Below are positions 41,014 through 50,218 of a stretch of DNA of 64,000 nt, in pieces. The stretch spans positions 1 to 64,000 of the IMG/VR virus record IMGVR_UViG_3300037067_011504. One strand, written 5' to 3'. Numbering within the stretch: the stretch's first letter is position 1; each line of letters starts with the position of its first letter. The position numbers and the translations under genes are program-made. Source of the stretch: a virus (Duplodnaviria > Caudoviricetes). Under the pieces are notes generated by a model. The model worked only from the letters and a program-made list of their open reading frames with translations. It searched no databases and was not told the DNA's origin.

Positions 41014-41309
41014 TCTATTGCTTTATTAATTATTTCTATTGCTCTATCTCTTATTGCTTGACAGAAACCAACAGTTACATATGATTTATCTTTAACCATT
41101 GCGTTGATATTTATTTTTTCAACAATTCGTTGAAGTTCTTTAAGCATATCTGGTGCTGCAGCAATAAGTTTTGCATTTGCTTTAATTTCATTTGGATCAA
41201 CTCCATTTAATTCTGCAATAACAATCTTATTATCACAATAAATAGTATGTTCAAATCTATTATTTCCTCTTGCTTGTTTCCAAGTCCAATTTCCTTTTGT
41301 ATATTTCAT
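41010..41309 (-). CDS. conserved phage hypothetical protein (ANAxLIAAAP family)
   Basis: YTKGNW...ANAKLIAAAPDML. Confidence 0.7.
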   Translation of the reverse strand: MKYTKGNWTWKQARGNNRFEHTIYCDNKIVIAELNGVDPNEIKANAKLIAAAPDMLKELQRIVEKININAMVKDKSYVTVGFCQAIRDRAIEIINKAIE

Positions 41310-41572
41310 TATTTCATTTTAATAGGTTTATCATATCTTTTTAATGAAGATGATGTATGTTTCTCATCTGTAATAAAATCTTCCCATTCTCCTTCTATCT
41401 GTATGTCAGATTCATTTTCAATTATTCCTAGAAAACATTCTTCATAATAATCACCTCTATCATAATCGGGATCATTAAACTTATTAAATGCTTCTTTTGG
41501 TGTATCAGCTTTAATCATTATACTATATTCTACTCTTTCTGTTACTATAAAACAAACTTTATACTTTGGCAT
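41309..41572 (-). CDS. hypothetical protein
   Basis: MPKYKV...A-T-KEA pattern. Confidence 0.6.
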   Translation of the reverse strand: MPKYKVCFIVTERVEYSIMIKADTPKEAFNKFNDPDYDRGDYYEECFLGIIENESDIQIEGEWEDFITDEKHTSSSLKRYDKPIKMK

Positions 41573-41583
41573 ATCATTGATTT

Positions 41584-41886
41584 TTAAGTACCATAAGGAC
41601 TAATTAATAATTCACATATAGGTATAGAAACAAATCCTGATGCAACTCTACCTACCGGGTGACTAACTATACCAGCATCAATAAGAACTTGTAGAATACC
41701 TTCATTCTCACTATAATCTTTAATACATACTTGATTGTCTTCTAAGGGTACATTAGGCATATTAACTGTAGCTATTGCTATTGGTTCATTAGTACCTATT
41801 TCTATTAACTCTATTGCTATACGTTGATTAGAATATTGTTTAAATTCTAGTTTACATTTCCAGTCACGAAATATTATTTCTTTCAT
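41584..41886 (-). CDS. DUF4313-like protein
   Basis: IAIEL...EPIAIATVN...IKDYSENEG...SGFV-IP. Confidence 0.6.
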   Translation of the reverse strand: MKEIIFRDWKCKLEFKQYSNQRIAIELIEIGTNEPIAIATVNMPNVPLEDNQVCIKDYSENEGILQVLIDAGIVSHPVGRVASGFVSIPICELLISPYGT

Positions 41887-41904
41887 TATCTTATATATAT
41901 TAAA

Positions 41905-42558
41905 TTATAATATACCCGAATCAGTAAATGAATAGTATTTATTTTCTCCAATAATTATATGGTCAAGTAACTGAATATCTAGTATACCACCGGCTTCTTT
42001 TATTTTCTGAGTTATTTTGGTATCAGATTCACTTGGATTAAGGTTTCCTGATGGGTGATTATGGCAAACTATGATACCGGAAGCGAGAGATTCTATTGCT
42101 TTTTTCATTACCATTCTTACATCTGTGACCGTTCCGCTAATGCCTCCCTGACTCAGTTTCATTCTGCTGATTACTTTATTTGACCTGTTTAAGAATAATA
42201 TCCAGAATTCTTCATGCTGAAGATCTGAGAGAAGCGGTTGAAAAATGTCAGCAACATCTTTTGAACAACTAATCTTCATTTTATCCGGTATATCTTGTAA
42301 TTTCTTTCTATTAGAATATTCATTAGTTGCTATTATTCTTGTAGCTTGCTGATGAGATAACCCATTATTTATCATATCAAAGTAACTTAACTTTGCTATT
42401 GAATTAAAATTATTATCACATTTTTGTAATAATGTATGAGCTTTTTCAAGTGGATCTTTTCCTGAGATAACAATCGATAATGTTTCAGCATCAGAAATAT
42501 AATGCGAACCTTTATCAACTATCTTATAATTCGGATCATCAAACTTATTTAATTTCAT
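41905..42558 (-). CDS. radC: RadC family JAB/MPN protein
   Basis: SDAETLSI N-terminus; EEFWILFLN, GG...T, HNHPSG...PSESD, LLDHIIIG. Confidence 0.93.
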   Translation of the reverse strand: MKLNKFDDPNYKIVDKGSHYISDAETLSIVISGKDPLEKAHTLLQKCDNNFNSIAKLSYFDMINNGLSHQQATRIIATNEYSNRKKLQDIPDKMKISCSKDVADIFQPLLSDLQHEEFWILFLNRSNKVISRMKLSQGGISGTVTDVRMVMKKAIESLASGIIVCHNHPSGNLNPSESDTKITQKIKEAGGILDIQLLDHIIIGENKYYSFTDSGIL

Positions 42559-42767
42559 TATGTTGTAATTGTTAGTTTATCTCTACTACCATAAGCTGAT
42601 ATATGTAATTGACTACAATAGTCCATTATCTTATCATATACAGCTACGTTTTCACATTTCATTGATCGTGAAAGTAAGTTTAATACATCTCTATCAGTTG
42701 TTTTACCGGACCATAAAGAATGTATTTCATTAAGCATATCTTCTGTTATGTATTTTGATTCAGTCAT
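42558..42767 (-). CDS. hypothetical protein
   Basis: TAATG-coupled ORF. Confidence 0.55.
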   Translation of the reverse strand: MTESKYITEDMLNEIHSLWSGKTTDRDVLNLLSRSMKCENVAVYDKIMDYCSQLHISAYGSRDKLTITT

Positions 42768-42768
42768 A

Positions 42769-43029
42769 TTACATATTATTTTCTAAAAATTTAAGTGCAT
42801 CTTTTCCATATTTCATTTCAACATATGTATTCATTGAAATATCTTTTTGTTTTTTATAAGTACATTTAATATTATTATAATCTAGATCATGTTGTGAAAA
42901 CATATCATCAAGTTTTATAATATCTATTTGGGCATTTGTAGGCCCTTTTATCATCGTCATTATCATATCAATTGGAGGATTAAAACCAAAATGGTTTTTG
43001 AATTGTTTACCTAATTCTTGTATTGTCAT
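42769..43029 (-). CDS. hypothetical protein
   Basis: F-x-FG...IDIIKLD...SM...KYG pattern. Confidence 0.6.
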   Translation of the reverse strand: MTIQELGKQFKNHFGFNPPIDMIMTMIKGPTNAQIDIIKLDDMFSQHDLDYNNIKCTYKKQKDISMNTYVEMKYGKDALKFLENNM

Positions 43030-43188
43030 TTATTTAAATTTTAATTGATTATCAAGGATTAACATTACTGTATTCAACTCTTTTTGAGCTTCTTTGATTG
43101 CTTTAAGACTATTGATCTTTATTCCATTTGTAATTGCCCTTGCTAAAGGTTCCTCTCTATAATTTACAGCGTATAAAATATCTTTCAT
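43030..43188 (-). CDS. small hypothetical protein (52 aa), not in the ORF track
   Basis: MKDILYAVNYREEPLARAIT...; fills the gap exactly. Confidence 0.5.
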   Translation of the reverse strand: MKDILYAVNYREEPLARAITNGIKINSLKAIKEAQKELNTVMLILDNQLKFK

Positions 43189-43204
43189 AATGTTTTATAT
43201 TCTT

Positions 43205-44099
43205 TCATAATATTTCACATAAGAATACTGGAGGATAAAATACTTTATTTGATTTAAAACTATATAAAGGTTCAGAAAGTTCTATTTCGTATCTATAACC
43301 ATCTCTCCAGTTTCCATGAATATCTTTAATAGTTCCTATTTTACCAGTTAATCCGGCAATTACCGATTCAATAACTTTGCATTGTTTCCCAATATTTTTA
43401 CTTATGTCTTCTCCATGAAATAATATTTCCTCACTCATACTTCTTCATGTTTATGTATATCTACTCCTAAGTGTATTTTGTAATAAGAAGGTATCTCTTC
43501 TATTTCTATCTCTTCAAACATATCCATATTAATTGGTAATAATGGATCTTTCCAGTTAGGATCAATCTTATAGGTGAGTGTTACTACTTCACATTTTTTT
43601 ATTTGTTTTTTCTTTGTCATCTTTTTTTATGTAATGCTATCATTCGCTTAGTTGATATAATAATTTAGTTAGTTCATATATGACATCAGAAATATTAGCA
43701 TATGGTATTCTTATCTGACAATTAGCTAAATGATCCTTAGAATTTATAGGTTCTAATAAAATAGTATTTGAATTAGCTGTTAATCCTAATCCTTTTTGTC
43801 TGCCCATTCCATTTCTTCCTATGTATGTTGTTTCATGATCATATATAATATCATTTATTATTCTATTCATATTCTTTTAAATTAGATACATTTATTGGAT
43901 AAAAGTCACCAGTTTTTATATTACAAGTACAATCGACTATATTGAATGTACCACTATAATGCGGAATAACTTTAGTATAATACCTTTTATTTATTTTTAT
44001 TACTCTATTATTATTAATTAAGTCTTTAAGATTATCATTCCATGTATCAGGATTTCTAGTCCAATGTAATAAATATTCTTCTCCTTGTCTTATTTTCAT
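43205..44099 (-). CDS. four small coupled hypothetical ORFs (43205-43438, 43435-43620, 43640-43870, 43863-44099)
   Basis: ORF track; tightly packed. Confidence 0.55.
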
Positions 44100-44104
44100 A
44101 GTTA

Positions 44105-44144
44105 TTTAAATAAAAGAGGTGCAACTTAAATAGCTACACCTCTT
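44105..44144 (-). terminator. intrinsic terminator
   Basis: Minus-strand 12-bp stem aagaggtgtagc/gttgcacctctt with G-U pairs, followed by ttattt. Confidence 0.7.
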
Positions 44145-44160
44145 ATTAAACGATAATTAA

Positions 44161-45048
44161 TTAATTTAAATCAGCAAGTTCAAATTTCTCAATAAGATAA
44201 TCACCAAGCATATGATTTCTTCCAATTATATTGGGAAGATCAGTATGTTCCGGTTTATAGAGTTCAGTACACATATTATAGAATTCATAAAGAGTAAGTC
44301 CTTTTTGATAATCAAGGTTAGCATTATCTCCTTTTAAGAATTTAAGATAACTTGTACTGACATCACCAATTTGATTCTGTTGAAGAATATATTCAGGAGC
44401 TATTCTAAGACTGTCTTTAGCTACTCTCTTAAGGTTTAGTTCACCTATTATGTCGCATACATTAGAATAGTTTAAGACGATAGTTTTCATTCCTTCAAGA
44501 ATAGCAAGATCTCTTTGTCTTATCTCATCATAGTTGAATATCCAATCTGATATGACCTGGAATAGTGTTTCTACGTTGACTTTGTTATCTCCGAATGTTT
44601 GATGTCTGTTAGATGATCCATAGATACATTGATTTTTACATATCTTTATATTAGGACCAAAGGCAACTTGTATACCTTGTTGATGATATGCAATAGCAAT
44701 AGATTGTGTTGTTTCGTCTGTCTCTCCTTTTCTTATATTAAAAGCAGTTATCATCCTTCTTAATAGATGAGCTTCCAATGCTCCTATACCATGTTTTTCT
44801 TCAAGTACTGGTAATAATGTCACTCCTGGAAATGCACTTGCGCCACCTGATGTAGCATAAATAGGATCCATATCAAATAGTAGTTTAGCTTTCTCGAGCA
44901 TGTCATAGACTCTTTGAAATAATACATGATGTACTATTCCGCTTATTGGATTACCTCCAATGTTTCTTTCATCAATTGTTTCTTTTAATTCATCAAGAGA
45001 TAACTCCTGTACCGGACATTCTTTAAAATTTAATAATTTTTTTGTCAT
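44161..45048 (-). CDS. DUF932-like protein
   Basis: Q-AFG...IC-NQC motif and TLYEFYN-CT; family call is tentative. Confidence 0.45.
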   Translation of the reverse strand: MTKKLLNFKECPVQELSLDELKETIDERNIGGNPISGIVHHVLFQRVYDMLEKAKLLFDMDPIYATSGGASAFPGVTLLPVLEEKHGIGALEAHLLRRMITAFNIRKGETDETTQSIAIAYHQQGIQVAFGPNIKICKNQCIYGSSNRHQTFGDNKVNVETLFQVISDWIFNYDEIRQRDLAILEGMKTIVLNYSNVCDIIGELNLKRVAKDSLRIAPEYILQQNQIGDVSTSYLKFLKGDNANLDYQKGLTLYEFYNMCTELYKPEHTDLPNIIGRNHMLGDYLIEKFELADLN

Positions 45049-45065
45049 GATTAATTATTTATTAT

Positions 45066-46016
45066 TTAAACTGATTGAACTGATTCTCTGTCTTTACAAT
45101 CGAAGACCGGACATTCTTTACATACTTTATAGTCTGGTTTAGTAGGCCATCCAAGTCTTTCATTATACTCAATAAGATTAATAGTTTTATTTATCATCTC
45201 ATGTAATTCATTCTCTACTGTTGGATCCCAATTAACCTTTACAAGTTTATCTTCTAATAGTTCTTTTTTATAATTGAACACCCAATAGTAGAATCGTAGA
45301 TTATCTTCTCTTATAAGTTCTATTACATTACGAGTAAGGATAGATGTCATATGAGGATTTAGATCAACATGGTTTATTATCTGTCTTGCTCCATAATGAT
45401 ACATATATCCTTGCGAATGATCCATATACTCTGGAGAACCCCAACAATATTCTCCATATGTAGAATTAAGATCTGCAGTAAGCTTGATATCTATTATAGC
45501 AAGTCTTAAACCGGTATCAGAAGGATTATCCTTTATCCTTTCATCTGTCATGATAGCAGTAGGAAAGATATCAAACTCCATCTTCAGGTATATATCGGGG
45601 TTCTTATGCCAGGGAATGATCACCTTAGTCTGTGTGTTTTCCTCAATAGGTGTTATCTGATACTTTGCACATAGTATCTTAAATCGTTTTGCCTGTTGTT
45701 CTATACGTTCCTGATCACTTGTCTTTTCTCCTTGTAATAATGGTAGATTAAGTTGTTTACGTTTAATATTTTCAAGTTCCTTAGCTTTTAAAAGCTTTTT
45801 ACGTGGTAGATCATTTTGTATCTGACCTCCCGATCCTCTTCCAATACATAAAGTCTCAAAGAAATGACCTTTACGCATTGAATCGGTAGAATACTTGTGT
45901 GTCTTGATTATATAAAGATGATAGAGATTTTTAGGACAAGTATTTTCTCTTTCCTCACCTTTATAAAGAAATTTCGTTATTAATGATTGGTTTAAAGGAT
46001 TCTTTTTAAAATCCAT
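45066..46016 (-). CDS. PD-(D/E)xK exonuclease (RecB/Cas4-like)
   Basis: CP...G-FFE, EFD, IIDIKLT, QGYMY, and C-terminal CxxC-x3-C. Confidence 0.8.
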   Translation of the reverse strand: MDFKKNPLNQSLITKFLYKGEERENTCPKNLYHLYIIKTHKYSTDSMRKGHFFETLCIGRGSGGQIQNDLPRKKLLKAKELENIKRKQLNLPLLQGEKTSDQERIEQQAKRFKILCAKYQITPIEENTQTKVIIPWHKNPDIYLKMEFDIFPTAIMTDERIKDNPSDTGLRLAIIDIKLTADLNSTYGEYCWGSPEYMDHSQGYMYHYGARQIINHVDLNPHMTSILTRNVIELIREDNLRFYYWVFNYKKELLEDKLVKVNWDPTVENELHEMINKTINLIEYNERLGWPTKPDYKVCKECPVFDCKDRESVQSV

Positions 46017-46022
46017 AATTAT

Positions 46023-46328
46023 TTAATTATCATTTAAGTATTTACTATCCTTTATGGAGATTAACCATTCCCAAAATTCTTTATTATTAATAAACGGATA
46101 TTCGATATTAATACCATGTGTAAATAACCCTTTTCTATCGAGTAATGCAACAATAAGAATTTCTTCAGGAGTTAATGTAGAATTACTATTTATTTTTCTA
46201 TATATTCTATATAATATGTGTACAATTGACTTTAATTTTCTTTGACATCTACATATATTAAGTTCTTCACATAATTTATTTCCTATTTTATGCCATTGGT
46301 AATTATATTCATTATCATTAAAGTCCAT
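46023..46328 (-). CDS. hypothetical protein
   Basis: CRC...LD...THG motif. Confidence 0.6.
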   Translation of the reverse strand: MDFNDNEYNYQWHKIGNKLCEELNICRCQRKLKSIVHILYRIYRKINSNSTLTPEEILIVALLDRKGLFTHGINIEYPFINNKEFWEWLISIKDSKYLNDN

Positions 46329-46569
46329 TACTTACTTCTATTTTATTAAGCATTTTAGTAAATATTTTTTTTATATATTCAGTTTCAAAATTTGAATAAC
46401 TAAACCATTTTTTATAAAATGGAATATTATTTAATTTAATTAATTCATTTACTAAATCTCCTACACCAGCTTTATATTCTTCTAAAGAAATATCAACTAT
46501 CTGTCCATTAATTTCTATTTTACCCGGAAGTAATTTCCCTGTTTTATATTTTTCTAATTCTTTATACAT
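46318..46569 (-). CDS. hypothetical protein
   Basis: Coupled ORF. Confidence 0.5.
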   Translation of the reverse strand: MYKELEKYKTGKLLPGKIEINGQIVDISLEEYKAGVGDLVNELIKLNNIPFYKKWFSYSNFETEYIKKIFTKMLNKIEVSNGL

Positions 46570-46570
46570 A

Positions 46571-47278
46571 TTAATCGATTCTTAGTAATGCTTCGAGTTC
46601 ATCAATCTCTTTTCTGGTTATCTTATTCGGATCTTTATCACCAAGAGATGATTTACTAAATAGTTCTATTATCCGTAATTGATAATCCGGACCTCTATTT
46701 GTCCAGTCCTGGAATAGTTTAAGAGCTTCAAATGGTCTCATGAAGTATCCTTTTCTTGCATATTTACAACATCTCAATAATGAACTGATAGGACAATGAA
46801 TATTCTTTAATCGTAATATTCCATGTAATTCATCATCTAAGAAGTCTTCATCAACCATTACTTCAGTAGGAGATATTATTGCTGCACGTACAATAGTGAA
46901 ATCAAAATTATTTAGTATTTCTTCTACCGTACCAAGTGTAACAATCTTACCTTCTATCACCGGTTTAATAATCTGAGGAGTAGGAATAGAATTTAATTCC
47001 GGATGTTTTTTTCCTTTTACAGCCATCGTGATAGATACATGATTTTCATAGTCTTTCTTATATCCTAATGATATTAAATCTTTGAGCATATCATCACATG
47101 CTTGTTCTGATTTAGGAAATATATCTACATCCCATGCTTCTTTTACTTTCTTTGTTGATAGTGGAGATGCACAATAACGTGCATAACCTCCACATATGAC
47201 ACAATCATTTTTCTGTGCTAAATCATATAATACTGATATCTCAGTAAATCCTCTTAAAAGTTTTGTAGTTTTAAACAT
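46571..47278 (-). CDS. nucleotidyltransferase, class II CCA/poly(A) polymerase head-like
   Basis: ICGGYAR, DVDIF, FDFTI, R-xKY--KGY. Confidence 0.8.
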   Translation of the reverse strand: MFKTTKLLRGFTEISVLYDLAQKNDCVICGGYARYCASPLSTKKVKEAWDVDIFPKSEQACDDMLKDLISLGYKKDYENHVSITMAVKGKKHPELNSIPTPQIIKPVIEGKIVTLGTVEEILNNFDFTIVRAAIISPTEVMVDEDFLDDELHGILRLKNIHCPISSLLRCCKYARKGYFMRPFEALKLFQDWTNRGPDYQLRIIELFSKSSLGDKDPNKITRKEIDELEALLRID

Positions 47279-47279
47279 T

Positions 47280-48053
47280 TTAAAGATTATTTGCTATTTT
47301 ATTAATATCATCTGTTATGAGTTCTGTAAGAGTAACGATACCCTGAGTAGACAATAGTGTCTGTCCATCAGGTAACATCAAGGAATTTAAGTCAAGACCC
47401 ATGATAGCTATCTTAAGAGATTTTTGTAGTACAATAGACTTATCATTAGCTTTCTTTAATTCTGCCTTAATACCATTCTTAGACTCTACTGATCCTAATC
47501 CTGATCTATCAACGATATATTTACATAATACATTTGATATATCAGCTATCTGAGTATGACTTGTTACCTTTTTATCTGTATTATTAGATACCTTTGCACA
47601 TAATAGCATTGCAGCTTCATAAGATGACTGAGAAATGATACTCAATATCTCCGGTCTTGATCTTACATATTTATATTCTGCCGATTTATCTTTATTGACT
47701 TCTGTTCGTGGTCTTTTACGTTTCTCTTTTTCAGCCTCAGTATAATCAATGAAATTATCTATTTTTCCTTTAGGACCAATAGATACTTCATATTCTTCTC
47801 CGATAAGAAATTTAGTTTGATTTTTAGAGTTAGTTGAAAATTGACCGATTGTATCATCTTCTGCTTTTAGATCAAAATAATAAATAGTATTTTTCGTGTC
47901 AGGAACAGTCCATTCTCTATTAAACACTACATCTTCTACTTTAATTTTTTTTGTTTCCATAATTGTTTTTTTTGTTTTCTTATTAAAATATTCACTTAAT
48001 TCTTCTCCATAAGCACTACCTAATATGGCAATATCTTCTGCTGTATCGCCCAT
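47280..48053 (-). CDS. putative ssDNA-binding/annealing protein
   Basis: Beta-rich OB-like N-part and I-x-QSS-x-AA helix; lies between the exonuclease and ATPase. Confidence 0.4.
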   Translation of the reverse strand: MGDTAEDIAILGSAYGEELSEYFNKKTKKTIMETKKIKVEDVVFNREWTVPDTKNTIYYFDLKAEDDTIGQFSTNSKNQTKFLIGEEYEVSIGPKGKIDNFIDYTEAEKEKRKRPRTEVNKDKSAEYKYVRSRPEILSIISQSSYEAAMLLCAKVSNNTDKKVTSHTQIADISNVLCKYIVDRSGLGSVESKNGIKAELKKANDKSIVLQKSLKIAIMGLDLNSLMLPDGQTLLSTQGIVTLTELITDDINKIANNL

Positions 48054-49582
48054 TAAAATAATGCTTTATTAGATGTTTTTGTTTCTTTTGTTTTCTTATC
48101 CTTAGACTTTTTCTCATATCCAACTATTACGAGTTTATCCAGACTACGATCTATCTCATCAACAAACATGATCTTTCCGTTTGCTTCTGCAATATCATAT
48201 AGTCTGTCAAGCTTATTAAAGTCAAGTAATGATGCATCTCCTAATATCTGTATAGGAGTAGTATTCATCTTACACATTAGTTGTGCTACTAATAGTATAG
48301 TGTCTGATTCACATGTCTGATGTTCGTCAAATCGTAATCCATTTATTGTAAGATAACCATCTTTATCGAATAGAAGATTATCTACCGGGAATTCTCCTTC
48401 TGTTATTATCAGTTCTTTTTGTTTTCTACATTCTTCTATTATCTCTGTTAATGAACTACTTTTCTCAAATACTTTTTGATATTCATCATTATATTTATTA
48501 TACTTCTCAAGCTTAAGAGTTAATTCTTTCGCTTTGTCGACATAATTAACACCTCTTTGTATGATAACTTCCAGTTCACTAATCTTCTTCTGTATATCAG
48601 GATCATCAACAACAGTCTTTATCTTCTTATTTACTTCTTCAATAAGTTTATTTGATTCTCCTAACAATGTAAGATATTCAGTACGTTTAGCATCATGTAA
48701 TTCTGTTTCTTTTTTAATGTTCTCTTCTTCTGATTTAATACGTTCTTCAAGTATACGTATTTGTTCTTGATGATCTTTTATCCGTTGTTCGGAGAATTGT
48801 TTTGTCTTTGTAAGATTAAGATTAAGATTAGTAATATTTTCATTAATCCGTTCTTTTTCTTTCTCTGCAGTGGTTTTCTCAAGTTGAAGATTTATTACTA
48901 TTTGTCCGGATTCATTGAGTTTCTTATGTTCATCTTGTCTCAATGTGAGTTGTTTCTTTGCAGCATCAAGATTCTTTTGTATCTCCGATTCTTCTTTTGT
49001 TAGTTCATACTCTTTAACAAATCCTTTTGACAGATTAACCTGATTGTTTACTTTTGTTCGTTCATTAAATGATAGTTCTTCATTTGCTTCAAATTCCTTA
49101 TATTTAAGAAATGATTCACTCGGTAATAAGTTAAGGATATATTCTTTTTGTTTTCGTCTTCCTTCAGCTGATCTGCTCCATGATATGAATTCCGTGGCAT
49201 CAACATGATTATACTTAAATATATCACGCATATCGGTAATCTTTGATATCTTATTACCTTCATCATCAAAGATCACGAATTTAGTAGTGGTATCGGTAAA
49301 CTCATATACCACATTATACATCTTACCATCAGGACCAGGTATGATAAACTCATTGGATCCTTCGGTTTCGCCTATTGTGACCTTCTGTGGAGTATCATCT
49401 TTAATCTCATGAGCAGCTCTTAATGCTTGTAGAATGCTACTTTTACCTACTTCATTACATCCTTTAACAAAATAGATATGACTACCTTGTAATGTAAATT
49501 CTTCTTTTTTTAAAAGTTTGTAATTGTAGAATGACAATTTAATCTCTTGTTCTGTTACATCTAATAGTTTTTTCTTTTCCAT
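48053..49582 (-). CDS. SMC/Rad50-like ABC ATPase with coiled coil
   Basis: Walker A GCNEVGKS, long coiled coil, degenerate signature and D-loop (CESD, LGDASLLD). Confidence 0.8.
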   Translation of the reverse strand: MEKKKLLDVTEQEIKLSFYNYKLLKKEEFTLQGSHIYFVKGCNEVGKSSILQALRAAHEIKDDTPQKVTIGETEGSNEFIIPGPDGKMYNVVYEFTDTTTKFVIFDDEGNKISKITDMRDIFKYNHVDATEFISWSRSAEGRRKQKEYILNLLPSESFLKYKEFEANEELSFNERTKVNNQVNLSKGFVKEYELTKEESEIQKNLDAAKKQLTLRQDEHKKLNESGQIVINLQLEKTTAEKEKERINENITNLNLNLTKTKQFSEQRIKDHQEQIRILEERIKSEEENIKKETELHDAKRTEYLTLLGESNKLIEEVNKKIKTVVDDPDIQKKISELEVIIQRGVNYVDKAKELTLKLEKYNKYNDEYQKVFEKSSSLTEIIEECRKQKELIITEGEFPVDNLLFDKDGYLTINGLRFDEHQTCESDTILLVAQLMCKMNTTPIQILGDASLLDFNKLDRLYDIAEANGKIMFVDEIDRSLDKLVIVGYEKKSKDKKTKETKTSNKALF

Positions 49583-49596
49583 TTTTTTAATTTAAT

Positions 49597-49848
49597 TTAT
49601 TGATTAATAACAAATCCTTCTCCATTATGTATATTTAGTTTAATATGTCTACACCACCAGGCACATACTTGATCAATAGCTATCTGTTCATTATTACATA
49701 AATCAAGATATATTCCTATCTTATTAGAAGGGACAAACATATCACTTTCATTTAACCATTCATAAAATTCATGAAAAAGTTTATCATAATCATCTTCTTC
49801 AGGGAAATAATTTTGTAATTCTACAAAGATATTTTTAAACTGTCCCAC
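49597..49848 (-). CDS. hypothetical protein
   Basis: Coupled ORF. Confidence 0.5.
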   Translation of the reverse strand: MGQFKNIFVELQNYFPEEDDYDKLFHEFYEWLNESDMFVPSNKIGIYLDLCNNEQIAIDQVCAWWCRHIKLNIHNGEGFVINQ

Positions 49849-50218
49849 TATGTTCTGTATATTTAAGTTGTTCTCTTACCTTATCAATAGTATTACTATC
49901 TACTGATCGTGTCTTATTGAAGAATTCATCGAACTCTTTATGTAGATATTTCTCATGGTTTGTCTCATAGTTAACACCTAGAAAAAACCAGTTAATAAAT
50001 CTATTATGTTTAATATCTAACTTTCTTATATTTATTTCATGTCCTAAGTAAGTAAATAGAGGAAATAGTATATTTAGTAATGGTATAAACCATATCTCGT
50101 ACATTATATATTTTTTATAATGTATAGGATCTTTGTGTGTTTGTGCTTTTATATCAAGATATCTTCCTAAGAAGATCGTTATTATATAACTAACTATTAT
50201 CAAAATCACCGTCATCAT
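49835..50218 (-). CDS. membrane protein
   Basis: Two TM segments, WFIPLLN. Confidence 0.55.
   Translation of the reverse strand: MMTVILIIVSYIITIFLGRYLDIKAQTHKDPIHYKKYIMYEIWFIPLLNILFPLFTYLGHEINIRKLDIKHNRFINWFFLGVNYETNHEKYLHKEFDEFFNKTRSVDSNTIDKVREQLKYTEHSGTV

Noticed and set aside
45066-46016. Cas4 as part of a CRISPR system
   Set aside because: No other cas genes or array; the context (SSB-like protein, ATPase, DnaB) indicates a recombination exonuclease.
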